Origin: Felis catus
Taxonomy: Eukaryota
Assembly (NCBI RefSeq): GCF_018350175.1
Contig: NC_058378.1
Span: 5,766,001 to 5,830,000 of the forward strand
DNA: 64,000 nt
Reading direction: 5' to 3'
Part shown: positions 23,905-37,048 of the stretch, in pieces
Numbering within the stretch: position 1 is the stretch's first letter
Layout of the letters: every line of letters begins with the position of its first letter
Position numbers and translations under genes: made by a program
Notes under the pieces: generated by a model
Database searches by the model: none
What the model saw: only the letters and a program-made list of their open reading frames with translations
Told to the model about the DNA's origin: nothing

Positions 23905-24110
23905 AATTTGAGAATCACAGTTCGAAGTCACGGTGCCTAAATTCATATTTCAACGTCACTCCTCAGGAAAGGTTTGACTATGGGCAAGTCACTTAACCTC
24001 TCAAAACCACCATTTTTCTCATCTGTGATACAGAAATAACAATACCTACTTCATGATGTAAAATTTTAGCCGAATATGTGACACATAGTAACACCTATCA
24101 TTACCTATTA
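23905..24110 (+). mobile_element. MIR
   Basis: tgactatgggcaagtcacttaacctctc..ttttctcatctgtga..aataacaatacctacttcat is the MIR core. Confidence 0.85.
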
Positions 24111-24479
24111 TGGTTATATTCTTTATTGTATTACTTTCATAACAATGGACATTTTTTATATAGTCTACCTGTACAACAGTTTACTCAAATATGATTTTAA
24201 CGAAAACTTACATTTGATCATCAACCTTTGTGTCAACGTACCTATTTTAAAAATTATTCCTATGACTGGTGTTACTATATTAGCATTTATATACTATTAA
24301 TCTCTGAAATGGCCCCTTTCTCAAATTTGTGTGATTCTTTAGGAGTTGAAGGACAGTCTTGTGTTCAGAAAAACTAGGAGTCCTGTGTGAGCTCACATAG
24401 CAGAAATGGAGCACTAATACATGTCAGTGTTCTTGTTGATTATGATCCAGTATGGGGGGGGAGTATTTTGGCTTTGTAA

Positions 24480-24680
24480 GTTTTTATTTAAGTTCCGGGT
24501 AATTAACATACAGTGTAACATTAACTTCAGGGGTACAATACAGTGATTCAACACTTCCATACTTCACCTGGCGCTCATTACGGCATGTGCCCCCCTTGAG
24601 CCTCATCACCTACTTCCCCCATCCTCCACCCACCTCCCCTCTGGTGACCACCGGGTGTGTTCCCTATGGTTAAGGGTCTC
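24480..24680 (-). mobile_element. Carnivore L1 3'-end fragment
   Basis: ttaacatacagtgt..ttcagg.gtacaatacagtgattcaacacttccatac..cccacctcccctctggtgaccac, similar to the 3' UTR at 14601-14800. Confidence 0.88.
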
Positions 24681-25654
24681 CGATGCAGTTTTTATAGATT
24701 CACTTTGCCATTGTTTCCTGGCAGCCAAGGATAAATGGAACTAATCACAATGAGCTCTATTCATCTCCAAGAAAAGAAGAATCAAGTCCTCTCATTGACC
24801 AAGTTGAAGTCAACTGGCCCCAGGCCAGATAGGAAACTTTTTTTTTTCCTCTGGTGTCCTGGGAAGAATCTCTCAATCTGAGAAGTGATTCCTACGGTAC
24901 AGATTCCAGTTATTGTAGCCAGCTGTTGGGTAATTAAAGAACAATAACAAAGCATGAGCAGCGCCTTGGAGCAAACCCCAAACTGCGTGCTCTAACCTTG
25001 TGAGTGTTGATCTTATCTGAATCACATGTGGAAGATCACTTTCTGGAGAGACCTAACCAAAGAGCTAGCTTCATACTCAATGAAGAAATGCAAATACAGA
25101 GAGAAGGCCGGGAGAAGCACTGTCATCTTAAATCGTGCTCCCTCTTGTCACTTTGAAAAAAAGCAAACCTTTTGTTGGTGTCACAGTTGGTGGACACTTT
25201 GCAAAAAACAGACACAGCCTGTATTTTTATAAACTTCTGGAACTCAGCTTCATTTTCCGGTGTTACATGCCCCACTGCATATGGTGCTCCTTTAGGGACC
25301 CACAGCTCCCGCGAATGGCAGGAAATTTAGCCATGACTGGTAGGAAATTTAATGAGCCACCAGCTCTGAAAATAAAGCATCAAGCCAGAATGCCCCCTAA
25401 TTCCTTTCAGTGACTGTATCATCTGTCATGGTACATGGTGGTTAGTCGTCTCTTCTGTCTTCACATTTCCTCCTCCAGCAAAGCCAAGTCTTACAACACT
25501 AGGCTTCACGCTGTTATCCAAATGTAGACAAGCACAGGCAGAAGGTACTTCATTTTCAACCCAGATCCCCCTACGTGATCCGCGCATCCAACACTTTTTC
25601 ATTGAAAAAGTTATCGAGTCTGTTTTGTACACTTGTTTTATTATCAGTTGGTGT

Positions 25655-25790
25655 GCCAGGTATCCTACAAGTTTAACATACAAAGAAACTGAGACTCAGA
25701 GAGATTAATTAACTTGGACAAGATGACAACTCGTTAACAATAAAGCTGAGGAAAAAGGTAATGAGTCTAAAGTCCTCAACGAAATGAGCC
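25655..25790 (-). mobile_element. MIR fragment
   Basis: agaaactgagactcagagagattaattaacttggacaag is the reverse MIR core. Confidence 0.7.
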
Positions 25791-26644
25791 TAGAAGCTCT
25801 AACTATTGACACAGAGTGCCAGAATGTCTAGTGTTAGCACCGCTGCTATTATTTAGAGATACCACAGGATTTGTTTCTCCATCATAAACTTCCCTTCCAT
25901 CCAAGCAAGTGATTTAAAAGCATTGCTGGCAACACTTCAACTTGTAAGATGCCAACCACAGAAGACCCTCGTAATCATGGATACTCTACCATTAGGAAAT
26001 TCGAAATTAGTTATAACATCCGGAATGACGGCAACTGGGTTATATTTACAATGGAATTATATTCTTTTTTTTGGTCTCCTTCAATGATGAAAAAAAAAAG
26101 ACTCTTTCACTAAAATGAAGATATAAATCATGCTGTCATCCGGAGACATCAGAGAGAGAAGCCACACAAACACCTCAAAGACAGATCTACTCAATAAGCA
26201 TTTGGCATTGATTTCCGGATTGAATCAAGATGCTCTCTGATCGTTTTTTTCCAGATAAAAGTGTTTCTGAATTCCTGGAGGCAGAATTGACCAAAAGTAA
26301 AGTTGCTCTTGTTCTGGAAGCACTTAGACACTTACATCTGTAAATGCGTGAATACACTTCATTGCCTAATACCAGGTAAGCTGCCAACATTTTCCTAGTC
26401 TATTGCTATTCAAGAGAAAGGAAATCTAAAATGCTAACAATGTGATTGACAACCCAGTCGAATGCTAATCTAAAGCCAGCAGCAGCTGTCAAGGTGCTTA
26501 CACAAAAACAATTTCTATCTGCTTTAAAACTGACACGGCTACTCGTTTTGATCCAATGTTTATTGAGCATAATGGAAAGCCTTTTATCCGGTTCAATGTG
26601 TAAAGTATTTCTGTCCACTGACAGAGTACCTAACACTCCTTAAG

Positions 26645-26815
26645 CCAAAGAAGATTCTAGATTTCATGGGGCCTGAAGCTTATACCATTTGGGGAATGCT
26701 GTTTAAGTAAAAGAATGCAAAATTACGAAATCTGCTGGGTTTTAGCAGTGTCTGTGCAACTGAGGGACGGGCTCTGAGTTTAAGTTTTATTAGATTCATG
26801 AAAAATTGACTTCTG
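26645..26815. mobile_element. MER53-like hAT element
   Basis: tggggcctgaagcttataccatttgggg..tttaagtaaaagaatgcaaaattac..gtgcaactgaggg..ttaagttttattagattca. Confidence 0.7.
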
Positions 26816-27589
26816 TCTCCTACAGAAGATTCTCATTGTGTCTTCTCACATTCACTGATGAAAAACACGCACCTGATTTGTTTGCAAAAGAACCATTACA
26901 ATTATTTCATGGGAGAATGATAATGAATCTAAGTAAACCAATTTAAACCAATCAAAAGGACAATTTACATATTATTCAGAGTTCAATAATGGCAATCTAC
27001 TTTTAGTGATTAAATATGTATTAATTCTTATTTGTTCCATACTCAGCATTTGAGAGCATGCATTAAGAATTCAGAGCAATATACATAAGCTTACAGGGTA
27101 GCTGTGGAAGGATCGGTATTTGCTGGGAAGGGAAAACACAAAGGGCCACTCAGGCTGTTTACGAGGCTTTGCAGTTTATTAGTCTGGATGCAAGACAGGT
27201 GAAGGGATGCAGCGTTGACTCAGTTCATCAAGATATTAAGGATCTTTCTCAACAGTAGGAGGCTAGACTAATATCCCTAAATACCTCCTAGAAAGTCTAG
27301 GAGAGTCAGAGTTCAATGAATTAGGGAAATGAGCAAATATCTGTAAGGCTAAAGTCTTAAGAATACTCCTTTTGTCTAAAGATTCTCAAGTCATTCAAAC
27401 ATGTTTTTCAGACGTGTATTAAAATATCCAGACTTTTCCCACTGGGCTTGGTGCTTGTATACACAATGGAGTTGAGACTGTCTCCTTCCCCTCTATTCCA
27501 AAGAGAAAGAAGGACAGAAAGAGAAGAGAAACATCACACCGCAGGAAGAAACCCCCTGGGATGGGGTCGGAAAAACGAAAATCCAGCCC

Positions 27590-27762
27590 ACTGGTTGTCA
27601 AGCTGTGGCATGCATCATCACCGGAGGGCCCGTTAAAACACAGACTGCTGGGTCCCATCCTCAACGTTTCAGTAGGTCCAGGAGGTAGGATGCACGAATA
27701 TGCATTTGTAATGCGTCCCCCAGGTGATGCTGATGTCACAGAAACACACTCTGAGAACTACC
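27590..27762. mobile_element. MER5A DNA transposon
   Basis: gcatcatcaccggagggcc.gttaaaacacagactgctgggtccca..tcagtaggtc..tgcattt.taa..tccccaggtgatgctgatg..cacactctgagaac. Confidence 0.88.
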
Positions 27763-29064
27763 CACAGAGCGACATAGTCTATCACGTGGCTGTATTTTCT
27801 CATCTGGAAAGGGGGGTGCTGACCTGGAGGAAGGCTAAGGGACCTTTCAGCACTGCGTTTTGTAACCCTCTGGTCCCAACATTCTGCCTAGCCATACAGC
27901 CAGGCATCCCAGGCTTTGGCGTTGATTACATTTCCCCAGTGCACTCTGTAAAGTAGGGAGAGCCACTTAGCCTTAAACTACGATTTCCTTTTGTTACTAA
28001 GACGGATCCGTAAAGCACTCCATTTTTGTTATTGCCTGAAAGACTCCACATAAATGCAAAATATCACATAGCACAGTATATGGCTGACATAATGATTTCT
28101 GACAGACAGCTTAGATTTAAAGATCGCAAGGACTGTCAGGAAACATTAAAAGGAACAGGCTTTATTCAGAAACGTACAAAAGTAAAAATGGAAACCATCA
28201 ATGTAGCAAACTGCTTGCTGAAAAAAAAATTAATTTTGTGTGTTCAAATGTGACAACTCCAAACTGCTTTATACTATTCTTTTTCTAGAGAACCACAAAC
28301 ACTAAACCGTGCTGTTTGCTCTCTTTTTGCCCCCTCCTCCCCTGGAGTGTTTCCTATGCCTTTTAGTAAGCAGATACAAAGTTTTACGCCTGTAGTTTCC
28401 AAGGCTTTCAGTATATGGCAGGCTGATTTGCACACCTCTTTGCTCCACAATAACACAGGTATTTTCCGTCATGTGATTACATAAAGTACCAGAGGAAATT
28501 CAAGACCTGCTGTATAGAAAGAAAGATATCCTTCCCCACTATAAAGGATCATCTTTATTATCTCAACCATGCCTGTTTATAAAAGGCAGTTTTATATTCC
28601 CTAAGTAGGTGCAGAAAGAAGTTTTCCATATTGTTATGGCCACCCTTTTCTGAAATTTTATCTCATTTTCATCATGAGCCCCAAATTTCTATCTGCCTAC
28701 ATCTGAGACTTCATGAAAATATTCCTCAATTTTTCTTAAAGCACATTTCCCCTTCCCAACAGGAAATATTCCTTCTTGCATTCTCCTAGGCTCACCCTTT
28801 GTTTGATCTAACACCAATATCGTTTTGTGTTTACACAGCCATAGTATGTTGGCCACACAGCCAGTCCTATCACGTCCACACAGAACAATCTAATGTGTAG
28901 TCAGGACACGTATTATTCCTATTTTATAGAGGAGAAAAATCATCATTTTGAGACACTCACATTAGAGATTAAATGTAGGATTTGCCTCCTAATTGTATTC
29001 TTTTCAGTAAACTTTTCATATTTTCTAAAAATGTGAATAAGGATGTTGATAATCATTTTTGTAA

Positions 29065-29260
29065 TATAGACAACAGCTAATATTGATGGAGGACTGTTAC
29101 CTGTCAGGCATATATATTCTCATATTAACAACCTTAATTATTTAGGGAACTAATTCTTTCCATCTTATAGGTAAGCGAATCAAGGGCAGAGAATCTAAGT
29201 AACTTCCCTAACAGTATAGACTGGTAACTGGTGGACCCAGACCCAAACTATGGCGCTATC
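29065..29260 (-). mobile_element. MIR
   Basis: agctaatattgatgga..tgtcaggca..ccatcttataggtaag..gggcagagaatctaagtaacttccc, reverse MIR. Confidence 0.65.
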
Positions 29261-29738
29261 ATCCGAGAATTTGTACTAGGAAGTATCAGTGACCGGATCT
29301 AAGTTATATAAATATATTTCTACATGAATTACATCACAAGGAAAATGTGCATGTGGTTTTTACACAGCTGAAGGATCCAAGTTTAGTGGATTCTGCTTCT
29401 ATGAAGAAATCTTTCTAACCTCAAAACCTTATGGGTAGTGTAAAAAATGACAAAGTAGAATGATATTTTCAAGAAGCCTCCTGAAAGAGAGACCTAAGAG
29501 AAAAATGCAACGGGTCAAAATCACAATGGGTCAAGTACGTAATCTGGCACCCACAGCAAGAAAATACGCACACACGTACGTGTACATGGATATACACCCA
29601 CCGTTAGACCCCTTTATACCTTGGACTCCATGGCATATATATCTCCGTTCAGGTAACTCTATGGAAAGGACATCGAAATGCTCTAGAAATATCAGAGCTT
29701 CGGACGAGCAGCTGTCAGTTAAAGGAGCCGTAGTATCC

Positions 29739-29987
29739 GGGGCGCCTGGGTGGCTCACTCAGTTGAGTACCCGACTTTGGCTCAGGTCATGATCTCGCGG
29801 TCCGTGAGTTCTAGCCCCGCGTCAGGCTCTGTGCGGACAGCTCAGAGCCTGGAGCCTNNNNNNNNNNNNNNNNNNNNNNNNNNNNNNNNNNNNNNNNNNN
29901 NNNNNNNNNNNNNNNNNNNNNNNNNNNNNNNNNNNNNNNNNNNNNNNNNNNNNNNNNNNNNNNNNNNNNNNNNNNNNNNNNNNNNNN
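29739..29987 (+). mobile_element. Feline Can-SINE, 3' half in a gap
   Basis: Head and body, then an N-run. TSD aaaggag(cc/tt)gtagtat at 29721-29736 and 29988-30003. Confidence 0.93.
29858..29987. other. Assembly gap (N-run)
   Basis: Run of n. Confidence 0.99.
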
Positions 29988-30224
29988 AAAGGAGTTGTAG
30001 TATAAATATAGCTACTAGCTACTCATCCCAGACCACTACGTGCCAGACAAAGCTGTCATCATTCATGTGCATTATTTTATTTAGTACAACAGCCCCAGCA
30101 GGGATTTTTTTTTTAATAATAGCTAAAAAAAACAAAAACACCAGATAGACCATTACATGGTTTGCCCAAGGCTATGCAACTGTTGTTTTGGTTGATGTCT
30201 GAAGTTCGAGCTGCTTCTGTTCTG

Positions 30225-30400
30225 GAACCTGGACCCTCCATCTACTAGTTGAGTGACTCTGCTAAGTTCCCTACTTCCTGACCTTGGCTTTCTCATTTCA
30301 TGCAACAGCACTCGCCTCATTCGCTGTGATTGAGATTGAGTTCAAGTAGATTCAGCAGGCAGAGCTCTCAACGCAGCATTCAGCGGACAAAGTATTTTAC
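30225..30400 (+). mobile_element. MIR fragment
   Basis: tactagttgagtgactct.ctaagtt..ctttctcattt..tgtgattgagattgag. Confidence 0.55.
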
Positions 30401-32447
30401 AAAGAGGGAAGATCCTATTCTTATGATGATGATGTTCTGGGTCCTGAGCTAGCCCGGCATAGGAAGCAGATCACCTTTGCCACTTATGTATTCCACAAAC
30501 ACTCTCGAGGGGAGCATCTACTTCCTAGATCTTTCTGTCTCTGGAAGTGAAGACAAAGTACATTGGACACCTCGCTTTGGAAGAAGTTATCCTAGAGAGA
30601 CACGTTTTCTTGAGTTTGCAGGGAAAGCACCACTTTCCTCGGCTCTCAGCCCCTCCTGTCTTCCACTCTTGGCCAACAGCAGGTGGCCGTGCTCTGCAAA
30701 TATTTGGTTAACTCTCAACATGAAATATGCATGGGTTTGAACAAGGAGAGAGCTCAACATAATATCAAGACTCTCCTAAGTATATAGGAGTTATGTACAG
30801 GACAAGCGGTTTTTAAACACCGGAAGGTCTCACGGTGCTTTGCCTGGTTTCCCAACTACACGGTTTTACCTCCAGGCCCGTGGATCCACTCAGCTCTTCA
30901 GCCCCAGAACCACTGCCTCCCCATCAAGGGGCCTGCTCACTTTACCCTGTGTGACAGTATCAGGGTCAAGTCCACCTCCAGACCACCTGTGATTGTGACA
31001 GGGTGGCCGAAAGTGTCCTAATTACCAGCCAAGTTAGCTTCCCGTGACTGTCATTTCCTTGTGGTCCACAGAGTATAGGAAAAGACAGCCAGAAGCAAGG
31101 ATGCTAAGAATCCTTATATATGCCCCAGGAATTATCTTCTTGCTTGTTTGTTTCTATCGCATGGGGGTGGGGGGTGGGGGGCAGGAAGCCCTGAAGGTCA
31201 AAGTCCCTTGTTGCATGTGTCCAAGTTAACTTTTACCACTCAATATTTGTTTTAAAGCCTTTGAAACACAAAGGCTCCTGATTTTCTAACAAAACTCAAC
31301 AATTGTGCAAGCTGGGTTAACCGTTGAAAAAACATGAGGAAATAGGATTAAAATCTCCCAATGGGTTCTACCTACAACCCTTTCCTCGGTGGCGGAGACC
31401 ATGAGGCATAGGATCCTGGCCCAACAAATTAAGGAATGTATTCCTTTTAAGCGCACACACATTTGAACCAGAAAAAGCTGTGAAGAAGCTAACTCAGATC
31501 TTGTTTGACTCACTAGCATAATATCCTGATTATCCACAGGAAGAGGAGGGAGACGGCTCATCAAAGAAAATAAATAAAAATGCCCATGTCCGCTGTTCGG
31601 CTTTCATGAAGGATCTCGTCCTTTGGTGGGCAAAATGTGACTCGACTTCTCAACTGAATGCTGCGTTCTTTCCAGACTGGCAGCCGTTGTCCTTTTTCCA
31701 TGGAGAGGGAGGAAGATTTCCAGCAATGATGCTGCCAACAGACAGAAAGGAGAGAGAGCAGCCCAGAAAGCCTTTTCTCCTTCACTCTTAGGGTCCAGTC
31801 CTTGCCAGTCCTGGAAAAGCTTCAAATGAAATGCACCAGTGTGGTGGGATTTTTTTTTTTAATCAGTTAATGGCATTTTGCACCACATCTGCTGATTCTT
31901 GTAATGTAAAACTCTTAGCTTCTCCTTTAGGAGGATGTAGCATGCTAAGTAAAATCCCCCTGGGTAATGTGGTCTCCCCTGAATGCTCTGATGTACAAAA
32001 TTCAACCCAACCGTGTGAGTGCTTCCTGGAAATCAGCCCTCGCTTTCTCAGAAAAGTGCCCAGGAAGGCAGATGGGCTTTGGCAGGAGAAGGTCCCAGTG
32101 GCCTGGGCTCAGCAGCCTGACAGTGATTTCCGGTGGCTTTCTCTGGCTTTTGGCGTCGTAGGTATGAATATGAAGGGGCTCATCCCTCCCACCCAAGTCA
32201 TCAGCCTACTAAGTATCTTCATACATAAAATGAGGAGAGAAGGACATGTACGCTAAGGAAAAAATGAATAGATTGGCAAATTTAGTAAAGACAAAACTTT
32301 AAAAATGAAGTTGGGTTGAATCTGACTTATAAGATCCTTCCTTCAAGTTGCCTGTACTAATCACTATGTTTTTTTTTTTTTTCTTTTAGTCCAACAGAAA
32401 GTTCTTTCCTAAACTGAAGTGCCACCTTCTATCAAGAGAAGAACAAT

Positions 32448-32645
32448 GAGTAGGTAAGCATCTGACTCCCGATTTTGACTCAGGTCACACGGTTCATGAA
32501 ATCACACGGTTGATCACACGGTTCATGAAATCAAGCCCCAGGTCGGGTTCTGTGCTGACAGTGCGGAGCCTGCTTGGGATTCTCTCTCTCCTTCTCTCTG
32601 TCCCTCTCCTGTCTCGTGTTCTCTGTCACCACCAAATAAATAAGT
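32448..32645 (+). mobile_element. 5'-eroded Can-SINE with internal tandem duplication
   Basis: SINE body (ctcaggtca..aagccccaggtcggg.tctgtgctgacagtgcggagcctgcttgggattctctctc) with TCACACGGTT three times at 32485-32523. Confidence 0.88.
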
Positions 32646-32819
32646 GAATCAACACATACATAGCGGATCACCTGTCTCTCTCTCTCTCAAAAAAAGTAAT
32701 TATCTGTACAAATGACAACTCTCCAGACAGCCCCTCCCTATCGTCCCCGCCCATCCCAATCCCATCACTCTGTCGCCACCAAGAAAAAACATTTTTAAGA
32801 GTCTGAACTTACTGTGTAT

Positions 32820-32960
32820 ATCACCACCTGAAATGTTAGTTACATGAGATCAATGGCTTATGTCAATTCTGCCCACCTCCTGGTTCCCAAGATCCAGGGC
32901 GGTGCCTAGAACACAACACACACTGGAAATGTTTGTCCAGGGAATCTGTGATGGAGTAAA
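32820..32960 (+). mobile_element. L2 3'-end fragment
   Basis: aatgttagttacatgag..cggtgcctagaacaca..aaatgtttg. Confidence 0.55.
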
Positions 32961-34083
32961 TTAAAGAGGAAGGAACGGCTGGAGCTTAGGAGATCTCAGC
33001 GGTGGCTGGGCCCATTAATCCGCGGCTGTGTGGGTCTACGCAATCTCTGTCTATGCCGCGAGAAGCTGGACCAGACTGGCTCTCTGTTTGTCCTGTCTTT
33101 GACGTTCCATGGCCCAAGTCTCACCTCCAGAGAGAGAAATTTCCAGGACTGCCAGTCTTCCTCTTTGGGCCTCCAAAGTGCATTTTCTACTCTCAGCACC
33201 AAAGTATTGTTTCTGCAAACTCTTTCTTAATAAGCCTCATCTTTACAAGGTGACTTTTTTTTTTTAATGTCTCCCAGTGCTGGATATATAACAAGTAGAG
33301 TGCCCAGTTTGCAAGAACATGGAGACATTGCCAACCTCACCTGGACATCACCTTCCAGAGAGGGGACATTTCCTAAAAGGAGCATTGACTATATGCTGGA
33401 GCTGACGTTCCAATCCACATACTCTACCTTTATAGCTGATGAATTTTGCATCAAACAAAATGAAATGTCTTAGCGTTTAACCAGATGTTCTAAGAGGTTT
33501 CTCCTCCTGTAGCTTGAATGGTGGCTATTTCATAAAAATTTGGAGGAACGAGTGTTTCCATTATCGAGGATAATTTTAGAACCTGCTAGATAAAATGACT
33601 ACAATTAGTTTACACGTTGGGTATTCTGTAGTCCAAGTTCACATCCACTTAAATGCTTAAAGTGCTGGCTAATTGCACTCATCTGAACCCAGCAGAATAA
33701 TTCACCTTCAGGCTTCCAAATCCAAGGCCAATCGGTGTAGATGATGAAATGAGTAGGGAGGCACTCGGGCACTTTCAGAACTGACTGTCCATTGGGTGTG
33801 TGATTTGTCCCCATTATATCCACAAAGAACTGTCTCTGGTTCTCTCGATGCTGCAATATGACAAGCAAGGGCCAGGCTGTACCCTGTCCCCATACCCACC
33901 CAGAAAGGGGGTCTCCACGCACAGAGCTCCCGCACCGGCACGAGAGGACCATGCAAAGGCAGCTTATCTCTGTAGCAGGACCAGCCTTGAGACAAAGACC
34001 TTTAGGGAAAGAATCCTGTAGAATTTCAGATTCATAAAAAAGATTATCCTAATTTGAAAGAGCAGCATTAGATTATCATTTGA

Positions 34084-34307
34084 GGGGCACCTCGGTGGCT
34101 CAGTTGGTTAAGTGTCCAACTCTTGGTTTCGGTTCAGGTTGTGATCTCACAGTTTCTGGAGTTTGAGCCCTGCATCCGGCTCTGCCCTGAGTGGGGAGCC
34201 TGCCTGGGATTCTCCGTCTCCCTCCCTCTCTGCCCTTCCCCCACTCATGCTGTCTCTGTCTCTCTCAAAATAAATAAATACACCTAAAACATTTTTAATT
34301 AAAAAAA
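34084..34307 (+). mobile_element. Can-SINE
   Basis: Full-length. TSD attat(c/t)atttga. Confidence 0.94.
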
Positions 34308-34939
34308 ATTATTATTTGAAAGAATTCGGTATCCATTTTGCTTGGTGTTTCCATGATCATTGGTTATTTTGCAACAAGATTTTGCCTCCAAGTATTATTT
34401 ACCCACTGAACTCTTACGAGGGGGTGTCAACGGAACAAAGGAACTTTGGTGCGTAATGTTCTGGGGATTTTCTTTTGGATCAAACTATTCAACATGGAAA
34501 AAATAAAGAGGAAACTGTGAATGCTTTTCTCCGTGAAGCATAAAGAAAATTTAAAAAAAAAAGTGCAATTTCACAACCAATTACACTCCTAGCAAAAGCA
34601 ATTCACAACTAATTATTAGAGAAAGTTCCAACCTTTTAAAGCACAGGTGTGAAGAACTAAGGAAAACATAAGGCTTGAAGAGACATGGAACCCTACATAT
34701 TAAGCATATATAGTCTATTTTCATTAGGTGAGCCGTGGTTTAACATTCATGTCAAATTCAAGCATTTTACCGGGGGGGGGGGGGGGAGAGCAAATCAAAT
34801 CACTGAATTCAATTAAAACGTACAGGTAAATACTTTCGACATCTGGAAGCCTGATATTATTGATTTCATCAAATACATTTTACATTCCTTCTGTGTTCAA
34901 GGTTATATGTCATGTCTTAAACCACCCAATGCCCCATTC

Positions 34940-35190
34940 TCGGAGCCTCTGTCCATGTTGTCTCAGGGCCTTTGCACGTGCTTACTCACACCTGGATGTT
35001 CTTGTGCTCTATACATGTGTGACCTGCCCCCTTGCCTCCTTGAAACTTCTATGCAACTGTCCCTCTTCATGAGGCCTCCCTGACTTCACTGAGAACTCTA
35101 ACGTTAACCCCACCCCCAAACTCCAGACCCCATATTTTCTTCCTACGGCATTTCCCCTACCTAACACCAAGTAGAATTTCCTTGTTTTGC
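34940..35190 (+). mobile_element. L2 fragment
   Basis: ctcagggcctttgcacgtgct..cctggatgttctt..tgaggcctccctgac is a typical L2 segment. Confidence 0.75.
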
Positions 35191-36024
35191 CGGCTAAACT
35201 TTACGGCGAGCGAGCGAGACGAGGTTTTTGTTTCTGCTCTTGTCTTGTAGTTTTTTCATTCTTGTATCTTCAGTACATGAAGTTACTCCTGGGTGTCCCT
35301 CATGTACACTACCTTTGCAGAAGTCAACCCAGTGGGCTGATGCTGGGATTTCAAGGGATTCTCTTGAGAAACACCCACATTCTTCAAACGTTATTTGGAA
35401 GAAGATAAAGACGTCTGGAAAATGATCACTTCTGCTTCTGGCACCAAAAATATTCGTTGCTACTATCCATGGGCTTTTCCAACTTTGGGGATAGAGAGAG
35501 TACCATCAGCAGACAAAGACCCTGATTACTGGTAGAGCTGCACTGTGCCAAACTTCAACGCTACTGTGTTTCTTCAGGACCAATTAGGAAATCTGAGGCT
35601 ATGTATCCGGTGATTTAGAAGAGGACATTCTGAGTCCAAAGCAACTGGACACCCGAGAAACCCTCATTTAGAATCAACCCTTGCATACTTTTCGACTTGA
35701 CACGTGGAGGTTTTACCCAATACACAGTGCAGGAACAAACAGGTTCTCTGAAGATGTTTTTCAAAGTTACGATGCTTACTTTTGAAAATAACCTTGATAA
35801 ACCTGGATCATTCTCCACACTTCTAAATAGGCAACAGGCAATAGTCAGGGGACTCCAGCTAGGACAATCAGACAGAGAGGTTACAGTAATCAAAGAGAGA
35901 GCATACATTTCCAGATGATCCCCTCTGATGTGTTTATCTTGTCAGTCCTTAATCAAGAAAGAAATTCAGGGTCAGGAGTATAGAAGACCATCAAACATCC
36001 TAATACCCTATCTCATACAACAAA

Positions 36025-36025
<1 letters not shown>

Positions 36026-36077
<52 letters not shown>
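36026..36077. repeat. (CA)n microsatellite, about 26 units
   Basis: Uninterrupted AC run. Confidence 0.98.
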
Positions 36078-36079
<2 letters not shown>

Positions 36080-36449
36080 ATAAATTACTAAACAAAAAGG
36101 AAAATTTCCACTATTCCTTACTTAGAAAGGTTGGCTAATGGTAACTCATAGCTATGCCAGCATAACATGGACCACTCAGTTTGATTGAATTTTCATCTCT
36201 CGGTCTTATTGTAAACAACCACCAAAAACATCTCCTTATAAAAGATGAAAGCCTGTGATATAAACTCCATGGATATTTTCACACTTTATAGTAGCTTTTG
36301 CTATTAAATTGAGTCCCTATCACTTCCTTATATAAACCTCCCAGGGATGCTATTTTTAAAAGAACCCATTTTTGTTTAAATGGCAGTTTTGACCGATCTC
36401 CTTTATTTACATAATGCAAAAATGACTAGACACTCCATTCTAATCAGGA

Positions 36450-36720
36450 TTAGGATTTCAATACTAAATCCCCTAACAGTTACAAATTTGAGATGGCCCT
36501 TTACAATCTGTGCCTCAGATTACCGTCCCTAGATTTTTCTTTTTTAAAAAATCTGTATCTCTCGCTCACTGCTAATTTGCAGTTTCAATTTCCACATCTA
36601 AAAGATGCGGACCATGCCATTAGCTTTGTGGGGCTGTTCGCAGGATCAAAGACAATGTCTGTCAAGGACCTTGCAAAACATCGCACATACAGTAGGTCCT
36701 CAGAAAAGGGCTGTTACTAG
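36450..36720 (+). mobile_element. MIR fragment(s)
   Basis: tctgtgcctcag..tcaatttccacatctaaaagatg..gcacatacagtaggtcctcag. Confidence 0.55.
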
Positions 36721-37048
36721 GGAGATAACTGACCCCGGGATAGAATGTTTCATTTTTTTTTCAGAAGTCAAATGGGAAAGTGTCTTTCTGTTCAGGGCTT
36801 TCAAAACACACAATGTTTCTTTATGGAATGTATTGCAGAAGTGATTCTTTAAAGTCTAAGTCAATGTGGTAGTGAAATCAAGTGTAATAGAAGACCACCA
36901 GAAACGCTGTTTGTCTGTTGAATACCGCGATGTAGACACCTGCACTGATTCCAGGACCGTTTCTTATGAATCGATATGGGATGCTATTCTTGCTGCATAT
37001 GTTTTCTAACTGGTCGTTATTTTAAAACTTGCTCTATATAAATTATTT

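Noticed and set aside
25469-25534. 66-nt plus-strand open exon-like segment
   Set aside because: Weak donor (AAG|gtactt) and an unrecognised peptide, so probably a pseudo-exon.
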